NCBI GenBank assembly: GCA_963794945.1
Contig: CAWCFT010000006.1
Span: forward strand, 1-64,000
From: Endomicrobiales bacterium
GTDB taxonomy: Bacteria; Elusimicrobiota; Endomicrobiia; Endomicrobiales; CAWCFT01
Direction of reading: 5' to 3'
Length of the DNA stretch: 64,000 bases
Position numbers and translations under genes: made by a program. Every line of letters begins with the position of its first letter. Position 1 is the stretch's first letter. The notes beneath the pieces are model-generated. The model was not told the origin of the DNA. It saw nothing but the letters and a program-made list of their open reading frames with translations, and searched no databases. Positions 40,162-51,822 of this stretch are shown piece after piece.

Positions 40162-41072
40162 GATTTTAGTTTTCCTTTTATGTCTTTAAGTGACGTAAAT
40201 TTCTTCCCCCTGAGATATTCGCGCAGGCCTTCCGATATGTTGGGTCCGGCGTCAGGATCGACGAGGCTCGCCGTCCCGACACTCACGGCGCTCGCGCCGG
40301 CTATAATGAACTCGGCCGCATCTTCGCCTGACGATATACCGCCGCCGCCTATGACCGGAATCTTAAGGCTTTTTACGGCTTCCCAAACGCAGCGCAGGGC
40401 AAGCGGCTTTATGCATGGGCCCGAAAGGCCTCCAGTAACGGTCGAAAGCCTCGGCCTGAACGTGTGCGCGTCTATGGACATACCGGGAAACGTGTTTACA
40501 AGCGAAACAGCGTCGGCACCCGACTTTTCCGCGAGCATTGCGGCCGCGGCTATATCCTGCACTTGCGGCGAAAGTTTCGCGATTATAGGATGATGTTTCG
40601 TCTTGGAAGTCTTTTTGATTATCTCGGCGAACAGTTCTTCATCCTGACAGATGATCTTCTTCTTGAGATTCGGGCATGAAAGATTGAGCTCTATGGCGGA
40701 AATGAACTTTATCTGGTTGAGCAGGGTAACGAGAGCGACATACTCCTCTGACGTCGAACCTGCAACGCTGACAATTATGGGCACGCCAAGTTTTTTAAGA
40801 TCGTCCAGTTTCTCATCCATGAACCTCTCAAAACCGACGTTCTGGAGCCCGATCGTGTTGAGCATGCCGCTCGCCGTCTCGCATATCCTCGGCGGCGGGT
40901 TGCCAATCCTCGGGCCTAGTGTTATAGTCTTCGTGATTATAGCCCCGATCCTGGACATATCCACGAGATCGGTGAGCTCATCGCCGTACCCGAAAGTCCC
41001 GGAGGCAGTTATAACGGGACTTGTTAATTTTATCCCGGCTATTTCAGTTGATATATCAATTTTTGAGTTCAT
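40158..41072 (-). CDS. pyrD: Dihydroorotate dehydrogenase 1B catalytic subunit
   Basis: ASGTFG, ELNLSCPN, GGLSGP.IKP. Confidence 0.96.
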   Translation of the reverse strand: MNSKIDISTEIAGIKLTSPVITASGTFGYGDELTDLVDMSRIGAIITKTITLGPRIGNPPPRICETASGMLNTIGLQNVGFERFMDEKLDDLKKLGVPIIVSVAGSTSEEYVALVTLLNQIKFISAIELNLSCPNLKKKIICQDEELFAEIIKKTSKTKHHPIIAKLSPQVQDIAAAAMLAEKSGADAVSLVNTFPGMSIDAHTFRPRLSTVTGGLSGPCIKPLALRCVWEAVKSLKIPVIGGGGISSGEDAAEFIIAGASAVSVGTASLVDPDAGPNISEGLREYLRGKKFTSLKDIKGKLKS

Positions 41073-41088
41073 GATTTGATTGTGTTTT

Positions 41089-41116
41089 TACTTACCGCTT
41101 ACAACTTATCACTTAT
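41089..41116. repeat. Family A heptamer single arm (pyrK/pyrD junction)
   Basis: CTTACCG CTTACAA CTTATCA CTTATAT. Confidence 0.75.
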
Positions 41117-41126
41117 ATAGCTGTCG

Positions 41127-41867
41127 TTAAAATATTTCTTCTATCCTAAACACCGGCCCATCCTTGCAAACCATCTTGTAGGTTTCGCCGGACCTTACCG
41201 CGCAGCCCTGGCAGTTTCCCACGCCGCATGCCATTTTTTCTTCCAGCGAAACAAAACCCTTTAATTCAAAATCCTTGGCTATCTGGGTCACTTTAGCAAG
41301 CATTGCTATCGGGCCGCAGGTGTACAGCACTGTATCGCCAAGCTCTTTACCAACAAGGTAATTCTCGAATATGTCGGTTATCACACCCTTATATCCCGCA
41401 GAACCGTCATCCGTAGCTAGTTCCATTTTCCAGCCGAGCTTCCTGAAATTGTCGAGGCAGACAAGCTCCGTGCGGTTCTTGGCCCCGTAGAAAAGCAGGC
41501 CTGGTTTGTGCAATTTCTCAGCGAGGTAGTTAAGCGAAGCGATGCCCGTGCCACCCGCCACAAGAACTGGTAGCCTGCTGCCCGCGACGTCTTCTAGGCT
41601 GTAGCCGTTGCCGAGGGGTCCAAGGACGTCAATCCTGGCACCCGGCAGTAGCTGCGAAAGGAAATTCGTCCCTTTGCCGACGCTCTTGTATAGGAATTCC
41701 ACTTTGGAGCCGGAAACGGAGTAGATGCTGAGCGGCCTGCGCAAGTACGAGCCGGGGATCTTTAGCATGCAGAATTGCCCCGGACACGAAACCCGTGCCA
41801 GATTTTCCGCCTCAAGAAGGATCCTGTAATAGCCCGGGCATATCTGAACGTTTTCCCGTATTGCCAA
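41127..41867 (-). CDS. pyrK: Dihydroorotate dehydrogenase electron transfer subunit
   Basis: RRPLS, AGGTG, CGP, MACGVGNCQGC...CKDGPVF; exact start uncertain. Confidence 0.93.
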   Translation of the reverse strand: MAIRENVQICPGYYRILLEAENLARVSCPGQFCMLKIPGSYLRRPLSIYSVSGSKVEFLYKSVGKGTNFLSQLLPGARIDVLGPLGNGYSLEDVAGSRLPVLVAGGTGIASLNYLAEKLHKPGLLFYGAKNRTELVCLDNFRKLGWKMELATDDGSAGYKGVITDIFENYLVGKELGDTVLYTCGPIAMLAKVTQIAKDFELKGFVSLEEKMACGVGNCQGCAVRSGETYKMVCKDGPVFRIEEIF

Positions 41868-41875
41868 TGATTGAT

Positions 41876-43160
41876 TTACTCTTTTATGGGCCAGGCGATC
41901 TTACCTCCAACAATTGTAACCTCCGCCCTGCCTTTTAGCTTCCTTCCGATGAAGGGCGAGTTCTTGCTCTTTGAAACAAAATCTTTAGCTGAAAATATGT
42001 ATTCTATATCAGGGTCTATTACAGTTATATCGGCTATGGAGCCGGCCTTGATCGTCCCGCGGCCCTCGAGCCCGAAGATCTTAGCCGGGTTTACGGCAAG
42101 CTTTTCAACGACTTGACCCCAGCTTAGGACTTTATTATCTACCAGTTCCGTGTTCACAAGCGTAAGCATTGTTTCCAAGCCTATTATACCGAAAGGAGCA
42201 AGGTCGTATTCTTTATTCTTCTCTTCCTCCGTGTGCGGCGCGTGGTCGGTGCATATACAGTCGATGGTCCCATCAGCGAGGCCCGCTTTTATGGCTGCGA
42301 TGTCGTTTTGAGAGCGGAGCGGAGGGTTCATTTTCGTGTTAGTATCATAGTTCTTTACTTCCTCATCAGTCAGAGAGAAATAATGCGGGCACGTTTCGGC
42401 CGTGACTTTTATGCCTTTCCTTTTTGCCTGACGAACGAGCTCGACAGAACCAGCGGTCGAAACGTGCGCTATATGGAGGTGGCCTCCGGTAAGCTCCGCC
42501 AGCATTATGTCGCGGCTGTATCATTATCTCTTCGGCCTGCCTCGGAATGCCGCGAAGCCCTAGCACCATGGACGTGTGGCTATCGTTCATCGCGCCGCCT
42601 TTTGTAAGGTTCTTGTCTTCGCAGTGCGCTATAACCGGCAAGCCGAACATTTTTGTGTACTGGAGCGCGCGCCTCATTACCTGGGAATTCATTACCGGCA
42701 TGCCGTCATCTGAGACCGCCACTACACCGGCCTTCTTAAGCACTCCTATTTCCGCGAGCTCTTCGCCCGCCGAATTTTTGGTTATACAGCCTATCGGGAA
42801 GACATTCACATGCCCTTCTTTCTGGGCTTTCATGAGAACGAACTCTACCGCCGGCGCATTGTCGAGCGGCGGATGGGTGTTCGGCATGCAGAATATCGTA
42901 GTTATTCCGCCGTGGGCCGCGGCCTTCGTGCCGCTCTCAATGGTTTCTTCCTCTTCATGTCCCGGCTCGCGCAAATGCGTGTGTATATCTATGAGCCCCG
43001 GGACTACGATTTTGCCTTTGGCTTCAATAACTTTGGCATCGGAGGTCTTGATATCAGGCTTGACCTCAAGTATCTTGCCGTCCGCGACAAGCACGTCGGC
43101 CACGCCTTCGAAATTGGCCGCCGGGTCTATAACCATCCCGCCTTTGATCAGTATCTTCAT
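41876..43160 (-). CDS. pyrC: Dihydroorotase; frameshift near 42515
   Basis: [27 protein letters not shown] across two frames. Confidence 0.95.
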
Positions 43161-44125
43161 TTTTGTTCCCCATTCTTCTCTTCGATCTGATGATTTTTCT
43201 TCATGTCTTTCTTGCCCGAAAGAAGGTAGAGGATGGCCATCCTGACCGCGATCCCGTTCGTTACCTGTTCGTATATCACGGCGTTAGGCCCGTTCGCTAC
43301 CTCGCTTGATATCTCTATACCGCGATTCATCGGGCCGGGGTGCATTATCATTACGTCCGGCTTCGCGGCTTTTAAGCGGTCAGCCGTCACCTGGTAGAGT
43401 TCGATATATTCGTGCACTGACGGAAAGAGGTTGTCCTGCTGGCGCTCAAGTTGTATGCGCAGGATATTTACGACATCTACGTCTTTGAGAGCTTCGTCCA
43501 GGTTGTAGAATACTTTTACACCGAGGTCGGTTATTCTCGAAGGGATAAGAGTCGGCGGACCGGAAACCCTGACTTCGGCGCCGAGCTTGGTCAGGCCCCA
43601 TATGTTCGATTTTGCGACTCGCGAGTGAAGTATGTCGCCTACGAGAAGAACCTTCAACCCTTTAATATTTTTCTTTTTTTCTACTATCGTGTAGAGGTCC
43701 AGGAGGCCCTGCGAAGGGTGCTCGTGGAAACCGTCGCCGGCGTTTATTATAGAGGCATGGAGATTCCGCGCGAGTACGGCCGGCGCGCCTGCGAGGCCGT
43801 GACGGATTATTATAAAGTCCGCTTTCATTGCCTCTAGTGTTTTACCGGTATCTATGAGGCTTTCGCCTTTGACAACGCTGGAGGACGCAACTGCGACATT
43901 TACAACGTCCGCGGACAGGCGCTTCGCCGCTATTTCGAAAGATGTGCGGGTGCGTGTTGACGGCTCGTAAAAAAGGTTCACTACGGTTTTTCCTCGAAGA
44001 GTGGGAACTTTCTTAATGGAACGGGTAAAAAGGCTTTTAAAAGGAGGGACTGTGCTGAGTATTGCTTCGATCTCTTTTGCGTCCAGGTGCTCGAGGCCCA
44101 ACAAATCTTTTTTCTGCAAGGTCAT
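43157..44125 (-). CDS. pyrB: Aspartate carbamoyltransferase catalytic subunit
   Basis: [24 protein letters not shown]. Confidence 0.98.
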   Translation of the reverse strand: MTLQKKDLLGLEHLDAKEIEAILSTVPPFKSLFTRSIKKVPTLRGKTVVNLFYEPSTRTRTSFEIAAKRLSADVVNVAVASSSVVKGESLIDTGKTLEAMKADFIIIRHGLAGAPAVLARNLHASIINAGDGFHEHPSQGLLDLYTIVEKKKNIKGLKVLLVGDILHSRVAKSNIWGLTKLGAEVRVSGPPTLIPSRITDLGVKVFYNLDEALKDVDVVNILRIQLERQQDNLFPSVHEYIELYQVTADRLKAAKPDVMIMHPGPMNRGIEISSEVANGPNAVIYEQVTNGIAVRMAILYLLSGKKDMKKNHQIEEKNGEQK

Positions 44126-44180
44126 TTTAACCTCTGGTATAATATTTTATACCGCAATGAAGGCAAGCTGATGCCTTTAC

Positions 44181-44741
44181 TTAAGCTTCTTCCATAAGAA
44201 CGGCCCTGTCGCTTCCGTCAACTTCCACTAATTCGACCGACACAAGCTCCTGTTTTGATGTCACAAATTTCTTGCCGGTGAAATTAGGCTCTATCGGGAG
44301 TTCCCTCATGCCCCTGTCCACGAGCACCGCCAGCTGTATGTTCTCGGGCCTGCCGAAATCCATTAGTTCATCCAGCGCGGCCCGTATGCTTCTGCCGGTG
44401 TAGAGAACATCGTCTACTACGACTATTTTTTTACCCGTTAAGTCGAAGGGTATGTCGGTCTCCTGAACCTGCGGCGGGGTGGCCATATTGGCTACGTCGT
44501 CGCGGTAGAGCGTTATATCTATGACGCCAAAAGGAATGTCTTTTTGGCCGTCACAAAGGCCGGCCTTTAGCATCTCATCTATGATCCTCTTCGCGATAAA
44601 TACGCCTCTCGTCTGCACGCCGATTAACGCGAGGTTCTTTACACCGAAATTCTTCTCGACGATCTCATGCGCGAGGCGTTTTATTGTCCTTGTTATCTCT
44701 TCGCCTGACATGATTACTTTCTTCTCTTTGTATTTTTTCAT
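44181..44741 (-). CDS. pyrR: PyrR regulator / uracil PRTase
   Basis: DITLYRDD, VDDVLYTGR, DRG.RELPI. Confidence 0.96.
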   Translation of the reverse strand: MKKYKEKKVIMSGEEITRTIKRLAHEIVEKNFGVKNLALIGVQTRGVFIAKRIIDEMLKAGLCDGQKDIPFGVIDITLYRDDVANMATPPQVQETDIPFDLTGKKIVVVDDVLYTGRSIRAALDELMDFGRPENIQLAVLVDRGMRELPIEPNFTGKKFVTSKQELVSVELVEVDGSDRAVLMEEA

Positions 44742-44752
44742 TATATTCTATG

Positions 44753-45304
44753 TTAGCGTTTTGCCGCGTCCTTCTGCGCCTGCACGTATTTTTCTATGCC
44801 TATTTTTTGAAGGCGGCTGTCTTTTTCTGAAACCGCAAGCGCTAGGCTCTTACGGTATGCTTCCAACTTTTTCTTAAGGGGATTGTCTTTTATAGCTAGT
44901 ATCTGCGCGGCGAGCACGCCAGCGTTCTGCGCACCAGCCTTGCCTATCGCTACCGCTGCAACAGGTATCCCTGGAGGCATCTGCACTATTGAGAATAGCG
45001 CGTCCATTCCCGCGAGGCTTTTGCCTTCCATAGGGACTCCTATGACAGGCTTTATGGTCTCAGCCGCTACAACGCCGGGGAGCGCAGCGGCCATACCTGC
45101 GGCGCAGATGAACACTTCCGCACCCTGTTTTTCCGCTTCCCTTATGATGGCTTTTACTTTAGAAGGTGTCCTGTGGGCGGAGGCGACATTTATTCTGAAA
45201 GGTATGCCGAACCCGTCGAGCACCTCTGACGCCGCCGCTACGGATGAAAGATCCGAATCGGAACCGGCTATTATCGCTACCCTGATGCCTTTTTTGTTAA
45301 CCAT
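44753..45304 (-). CDS. purE: PurE (N5-CAIR mutase / AIR carboxylase)
   Basis: GSDSD, SAHRTP, PVIGVP, QMPPG. Confidence 0.97.
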   Translation of the reverse strand: MVNKKGIRVAIIAGSDSDLSSVAAASEVLDGFGIPFRINVASAHRTPSKVKAIIREAEKQGAEVFICAAGMAAALPGVVAAETIKPVIGVPMEGKSLAGMDALFSIVQMPPGIPVAAVAIGKAGAQNAGVLAAQILAIKDNPLKKKLEAYRKSLALAVSEKDSRLQKIGIEKYVQAQKDAAKR

Positions 45305-45329
45305 GGGTTGTCCGCCCTTAAAGAAGATG

Positions 45330-46604
45330 TTACTTAAAAGCCTTTCTCGCTATATCTTTGCGAAAGTGCATCTTATCAAAACTTATTTTTGTGACCAACT
45401 CGTAGGCTTTGGCTACCGCACCGCGGAGGTTATCCCCGAGAGCCGTTACCACAAGCACCCTTCCGCCGGAAGTGACGATCTTTTTCCCGTCTGAAGAGGT
45501 TCCCGCGTGAAAAACCATTGTGTCAGCCTGAGCGGCGGCTTTTTCAAGGCCTTTAATTTCCTTGCCCTTTTCGAAACTTCCCGGGTATCCGCCCGACGCA
45601 AGAACAACGCACGCGGCTGACTTATTATACCAATTAACTTTAATTTTGTCTAACTGTTTAGCGTTGATTTTCAGCATGATTTCGACTAAATCAGTCTCAA
45701 GCAGCGGAAGCACGACTTCGGTCTCCGGGTCGCCGAACCGGCAGTTAAATTCCAGCACCGAAGGTTCTCCTTTGTTGACCATCAGGCCGATGTAGAGGAC
45801 CCCTCTGTAATCTATGCCCTCCTTCTTAAGGCCAGCTATAAGAGGCGCTATGATTGTTCTTTCGGTCTTCTCCCTGAGAGCCTCATCGAAAAGTGGGGCG
45901 GGAGCATAGGCGCCCATGCCGCCGGTGTTCGGTCCTTCATCATTATCGTTGACCCTCTTATGGTCCTGGGCCGCAGCCATGATTGAATAGCTGTTCCCGT
46001 CTAAAAATATCTGGACGGAGACCTCTTCGCCCTGGAGAAACTCTTCAATGACCACCTCACTGCCCGCGGAACCGAAAAGTTTGTCTGACAGTATCTGCCG
46101 AACTGCATTCTCGGCCTCTTCCATTGCAGCGCATATTATCACGCCTTTGCCTGCCGCGAGGCCGTCGGCTTTTACGACCAGTTTCCTATCCCGCGGCGCG
46201 CTTTTGAGGAATGTCAATGCATCCGCAGCGTTCTTGAAAGAGTTATAGGCAGCCGTGGGTACGCCGTACTTTTTCATGATGTCTTTGGCGAACACTTTGC
46301 TGGCCTCCAGGGTGGCCGACTTTTTGTCCGGGCCGAATATATCGAGCCCGCGGCCCCTGAAATAGTCAACTATCCCGGCAGCGAGCGGGACTTCCGGCCC
46401 GACAACAGTCAGCTTGATGCCTTCGTTTTTAACAAAATCTGCGATAGCCGCAAAATCATCCGCCTTAAGCGGAACGCAATGCGCGATCTTAGATATACCG
46501 GCGTTACCCGGAGCGCAATAGACCTTTTCTACCATTGGACTTTGCTTTATCTTCCAGCAAAGAGTGTGTTCCCTGCCGCCTGAACCTATCACAAGGATCT
46601 TCAT
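45330..46604 (-). CDS. purD: Phosphoribosylamine-glycine ligase
   Basis: GSGGREH, KADGLAAGKGV, NTGGMG, RFGDPE. Confidence 0.98.
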   Translation of the reverse strand: MKILVIGSGGREHTLCWKIKQSPMVEKVYCAPGNAGISKIAHCVPLKADDFAAIADFVKNEGIKLTVVGPEVPLAAGIVDYFRGRGLDIFGPDKKSATLEASKVFAKDIMKKYGVPTAAYNSFKNAADALTFLKSAPRDRKLVVKADGLAAGKGVIICAAMEEAENAVRQILSDKLFGSAGSEVVIEEFLQGEEVSVQIFLDGNSYSIMAAAQDHKRVNDNDEGPNTGGMGAYAPAPLFDEALREKTERTIIAPLIAGLKKEGIDYRGVLYIGLMVNKGEPSVLEFNCRFGDPETEVVLPLLETDLVEIMLKINAKQLDKIKVNWYNKSAACVVLASGGYPGSFEKGKEIKGLEKAAAQADTMVFHAGTSSDGKKIVTSGGRVLVVTALGDNLRGAVAKAYELVTKISFDKMHFRKDIARKAFK

Positions 46605-46751
46605 TTTTCCGCCTTTATTATAATTAATGACGTCACAACAAACGATAAAAATATATGAGCAGCTCTAAGAAAACATGGGGTAGTGTTACTGGAAGGAGGA
46701 TTTTATACTGCGGGAAGTTCATTATTTTGCGAATACCTTGGAACAAATTTA

Positions 46752-48132
46752 CTAACAGGTACCGAAACCTCGCGAACGAGGACATCTGCCGATCTTATAT
46801 TGACCGGTGAAGCAAGCCGTGCAATAATTCTCTTTAGGCGCATTGGTGGATTTCAGCAAACCATCAATACTTAGGTAGTTTAGGCTGTCAACACCAAGAT
46901 ATTTTTCGATATCTTTTATTGAATGGGTGGCAGCAATGAGCTCATTTTTTGTTGGCGTGTCTATGCCATAAAAGCACGGGTCGGTTATGGGCGGAGAACT
47001 TATAGCCAGATGGATCTCCTTTGCCCCGGCGGCTCTCATCATCTTCACAAGCTTGCGGCTGGTGGTTCCCCGGACTATAGAATCGTCAACGACTATGACC
47101 CTCTTTCCTGCGAGTATATCGCGGACGGGATTGTATTTGATCTTCGCGCCAAAATCGCGTATGTGCTGGCTGGGCTCGATGAAAGTCCTGCCTATATAAT
47201 GGTTCCTTATAAGCCCTGTCTCATATGGAATGCCGGCTTCCATACTGTAACCTATAGCGGCGCCATTGGCAGAGTCCGGAACGGCTATGACGAAATCTGC
47301 GTTCTTTATCTTGGGCATTGTTTCCAGGGCGAGCCTCTTGCCCAGTTCCCTTCTTACCGAGTGGACGCTCTGCCCGAATATCATGCTGTCCGGCCTAGAA
47401 AAGTATATATATTCGAATATGCACATCGAGCTGTTCTTGTTTTTTTCGAACAGCTGCCTTGACCTCAATCCTTTTCTATCAACGATAACCATCTCGCCTG
47501 GCTCAACATCCCTTAAATATTTTGCGCCTATAAGGTCCAGAGCACATGTTTCAAACGCCATCACAAAGCCCTTGTTAAGAGTCCCTATGCAGAGCGGCCG
47601 TACACCCCACGGGTCGCGAACTGCGATAAGCTTTTCCGGTGTCATTATGACGACCGAATCGGCCCCTTTAAGTTTGGCCAGCGCATATTTGATAGCATCC
47701 TCAAGCGGACGCCCGTTGGCTTTCGCAATAAGGTGAAGGATTACTTCGCTGTCGGATGTGGTCTGAAATATTGACCCTTCGTGTTCGAGTTTGGATTTGA
47801 TCTGCGCGGCGTTGATAAGGTTGCCGTTGTGTGCGACAGCGAGCTGGCCTTTCGCGTAGTTGATAACGAGAGGCTGGGCGTTCTTAATCAAGCTTACTCC
47901 GGCGGTAGAATATCGCACGTGACCTATCGCTATATCGCCTTGGAGTTTCTCAAGGTTTCCCTGGTTAAATATGTTCTGAAACAAGCCCCATCTGGACGTA
48001 GGGGTAAATGGTCTTACCATCGGACGAAGCAATGCCTGCGCTCTCTTGCCCGCGGTGCTGCAGGGCATAGAGGCCGAGATAGGCAAGTTTTGACGCTTCA
48101 GGCTGGCTAAAAACTCCAAATATTCCGCACAT
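46752..48132 (-). CDS. purF: Amidophosphoribosyltransferase; frameshift(s) in the 5' region
   Basis: MCGIFG start at 48132, LQHRGQE in that frame; [21 protein letters not shown] in the second frame. Confidence 0.95.
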
Positions 48133-48148
48133 AATATTAATCCCAGTA

Positions 48149-48213
48149 ATAAGCCGTAAGCTGTAAGTTATAAGAAGACTTTTCTTACAGCTTACAACTT
48201 AAAACTTATAACT
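48149..48213. repeat. Family A heptamer inverted-array hairpin (upstream of purF)
   Basis: TAAGCCG TAAGCTG TAAGTTA TAAGAA ... TTCTTA CAGCTTA CAACTTA AAACTTA. Confidence 0.88.
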
Positions 48214-48215
48214 TT

Positions 48216-48527
48216 TTAAAAGATGTATTTATCAAACAACTTTACGGTGAGCCAAAAGAAGGCGAATGAGACAACAAAGGTGATTATCATTATTTTCAGA
48301 TTCGAGCGAGTTATCTTTTTGAGGCGTTTATCTTCGTTTTCTTCCTGCCTGATATCCGACGCGAGCTTTATCCTGGTATCTTTTTCAAGGTCGGCATAGT
48401 CTCGGTATTGCCGGCATGTGCTATTCTCCGAAAACCAAAAACAGCGTACAAGGCAAAAAACATTTGTGTTCCCTTTCTGATCAGTGTTCCTGTCCCCCTG
48501 AAACAAACAGTTCCCGCAGTTCGCCAT
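48216..48527 (-). CDS. Small Cys-rich protein with C-terminal TM helix
   Basis: CGNC...C...C...C N-terminus, hydrophobic C-terminus, AGGAG RBS. Confidence 0.65.
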   Translation of the reverse strand: MANCGNCLFQGDRNTDQKGNTNVFCLVRCFWFSENSTCRQYRDYADLEKDTRIKLASDIRQEENEDKRLKKITRSNLKIMIITFVVSFAFFWLTVKLFDKYIF

Positions 48528-48570
48528 ACCAGGCTCCTATAGATTGAAGTGTTAACTCGCTGTTGTTGGA

Positions 48571-49356
48571 TTATATCATATTTACAGCGTTTTTAAAAAT
48601 TGTGAGCCCCCAGCCGTACTGCCCGCCATCCATGCTTTTCCTCGAAGGATGCTGGTAACTGAAAACGAACCTTTCCGGGTGCGGCATAAGCCCGAAAACG
48701 TTGCCTTTTTTGCTGCATATACCCGCAATACTGTTTGCCGAACCGTTCGGGTTGTACGGATACCGTGCTAATTTTCCGTTTACATCGCAGTACCTGAAAA
48801 CCACCTGACCGTTATTCTCTATATCTTCGAGCGTTTTATCGTCCGAGGCGATGAACTTCCCTTCGCCGTGCGCGATAGGCAACTGAATTATATCTGGCAC
48901 GTCCAGAGTCCAGGGGCAGTCGCTTTTTTTTCCAGAGGCGTGGACCGTTTTCAAGTTGATCCACCTGCACTCGAATTTCTCGGAATCGTTGAAAGTGAGG
49001 GTCGTGGTCTGCTGGAATTTTGTCTCGTCAGGGAGAAGCCCCATTTTCACGAGGACCTGGAAGCCGTTGCATATACCGATTATCGGTTTTCCGGCCTGGG
49101 CGAATTCCTGCAGTTTGCCTCCCAGCTTGTATTTCAGCTCGTTGGCGAGTATCTTGCCAGAGGCTATGTCGTCCCCGTATGAAAAGCCGCCGGGTATCGC
49201 CAGTATCTGGTAATCGGAAAGCTTTACCTCTCCAGAGATAAGCCTGTTGATATGCACGCGTTCTGCGGTCGCCCCGGCAAGCTCAAACGCCGCCTTGGTC
49301 TCGCAGTCGCAATTCGTACCCGCCGTTCTTATAACTATCGCTTTTGGTTTTGCCAT
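48571..49356 (-). CDS. purQ: FGAM synthase glutaminase subunit
   Basis: GTNCD, PGGFSYGD, GICNGFQ, MPHPER. Confidence 0.97.
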   Translation of the reverse strand: MAKPKAIVIRTAGTNCDCETKAAFELAGATAERVHINRLISGEVKLSDYQILAIPGGFSYGDDIASGKILANELKYKLGGKLQEFAQAGKPIIGICNGFQVLVKMGLLPDETKFQQTTTLTFNDSEKFECRWINLKTVHASGKKSDCPWTLDVPDIIQLPIAHGEGKFIASDDKTLEDIENNGQVVFRYCDVNGKLARYPYNPNGSANSIAGICSKKGNVFGLMPHPERFVFSYQHPSRKSMDGGQYGWGLTIFKNAVNMI

Positions 49357-49377
49357 TGATTTTTCCCTTGATTTTAA

Positions 49378-51799
49378 TTACCAGCTCAGCCTGCCCTGCC
49401 ATGCCTTATATAAATTATCCATCTTCTCTCTAACGATACATCTGCCGCTAAGTCCTTTGATCAAAAGTTCATTCTTTGTTACCTTGCCTATTCGTGCGAA
49501 TCCCGCGCCAATCATTGCCGCTTCAAATTTCTTGGCCTTGCCGGCTTCTATTTCTACGACAAACCTGCTGTTCGACTCAGAAAAAAGTATCTCCGCATCG
49601 TCCAGGAATTCAGAGACCGGAACCTTTGAGAGGTCGATCTCAAGCCCCTTTTTGCCAGCGAAAGCCATTTCGGCAGCGGCTACTGACAGCCCGCCTTCCG
49701 AGCAGTCGTGGCACGACTTCACAAGCCCTGCGCTTATAGCTTCAGAACAACGCCTTCATGGCCTTGAGCGACTTTTCCGCGTAAACTTTCGGCACAATTC
49801 CGCCTTTTATAGTCTTCTCCCTGAAATACGTTCAGCCGCCGAGCTCGTTTTTTGTGTCGCCTATGATGTAAACGTAGTTTCCTTCATCTTTCAAGTCCAT
49901 CGTTATAGTTTTTCTTACGTCCCTTACTATACCGATAGCCGAGATCAGAAGTGACGGCGGTATAGAATAATGTTTCTTGCCTATCGCGTATTCGTTGTGA
50001 AGGCTGTCTTTTCCGGAGATGAACGGCGTCCCGTAAATTTTAGCCATGTCGTAACAGGCTTCCGCCGCGCGGACTAGCGACCCCAGCACTTCAGGCCTAT
50101 AGGGATTGCCCCAGCAAAAATTGTCAAGTATAGCTATTCGCCCAATGTCGGCCCCCACGCAAACCGCGTTCCTTAGAGCCTCGTCAATAGCTGATGCCGC
50201 CATCCAGTACGCGTCTATCTTGCCGTATTCCGGGTTCATGCCGTTGGACAAGACGAAACCCTTATATTTTGATTTGCTGTCGCCGGCTGCCGGCTGCTGG
50301 TCAAACGTGTAAGGCCAAACAACCGCGGCGTCTCCCGGGCCTTGGGCCGTTATGTCTGGCCCCTGAAGCGGTTTTACAACAGTCTGTCCCTGTACTTCGT
50401 GGTCGTACTGCCTTATTATCCACTCGCGTGAACATATGCTCAACGAACCAAGCAGTTCTTTAAGATCGTTCCCATAGTCGGCTTTTTTCTTTATCTTCAC
50501 CGCTTTTTCCACGGGGGGCGTCCATGATGCGACGTTCTTAACCTTAGGCACTCCGCTGTGCAGGAACTCCATGTCCAACAGCGCGATCGTTTCGTCACCG
50601 TACATCACGGTTAGCATTTTGTCACCGGTAAACTCTCCTATGAACACCGCTTCAACGTTCTCTGACCTGAATATTTCGAGTATCTTCTCTTTGTTCTCGG
50701 GCTGCACGGCAAAAACCATGCGCTCCTGCGCTTCCGAGACCCATATTTCCCAAGGGCGCAGGCCCTCATATTTTAGAGGGATATGTTCGAGATGAACCTT
50801 CACGCCAGTCTCTTCGCCAAGCTCGCCCACGGCACTAGAGAGCCCGCCCGCGCCGCAATCCGTTACGGCCCGGTATAATCCGAGGTCACGCGCGCGGAGC
50901 ATGGTATCAAGCACCTTTTTTTCTACTATAGGGTTTCCTATCTGGACAGCGCTGACGTCGGTCTCCTGATCCAATTTGACTGATGAGAACGTAGCGCCAT
51001 GTATTCCGTCGCGTCCCGTGCGTCCGCCGGCAACAAGAACGAGGTCGCCGGGTTTAACTTCTTTGAAAGCCATGTTTTTCGGTATGATCCCAGCGGTACC
51101 GCAATAAACCAGCGGATTAGACGTGTACGCATCATCAAAATAGACCGCGCCGTTGACCGTTGGTATACCCATGCGGTTGCCGTAATCCCTGACGCCTGAA
51201 ACGACACCCTTCGCTATCCTCTTCGGATGAAGCATGCCCTTGGGAAGTTTTTTCCAGGGCATGTCCGGGTTACCGAAACAGAAAATATCGGTGTTGGCGA
51301 ACGGCTTTGCCCCGAGGCCTACGCCCATTATGTCCCTTATAACTCCGCCGATACCTGTCGCCGCGCCGCCGTACGGCTCAAGCGCGGAAGGATGGTTGTG
51401 CGTTTCGACTTTGAAAGCTATGCCGTTCTTGTCGTCAAAATCTATTACGCCAGCGTTGTCTTTGAACACGGATATACACCAGGGCAGATCGAGCTCTTTC
51501 GTCGCGCGGAAAACGGTTTCTTTGAGCAGGTTGTTATATATCTTTGTCTTCTTTTTCCCGGCTCCCGATTTTTCCGTGTACTCTATCACACCGGTAAGCG
51601 TTTTGTGCTTGCAGTGTTCGCTCCAGGTCTGGGCTATTGTCTCAAGCTCGATGTCCGTGGGGTTCCTGCCGAGAGCCTTAAAGTATGACTTAACTGTCTT
51701 CATCTCAACAAGCGAGAGTGAAAGCACAGCTTTTTTGCTCAACGCCATCAGTTCTTTATCGGAAACGCTTAATAATTTGATCTGGTTTCTATTGGTCAT
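49378..51799 (-). CDS. purL: FGAM synthase PurL; frameshifts near 49830 and 49740
   Basis: WSEHCKH, ETHNHPS, GRDGIHG, SEAQERM, DCSEGG, FSES. Confidence 0.95.
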
Positions 51800-51822
51800 T
51801 TATTATCATCCTTACCTGGCTC

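Noticed and set aside
44753..45304. Class II PurE because purK is missing
   Set aside because: purK may lie outside the window and the sequence motifs are not diagnostic by eye
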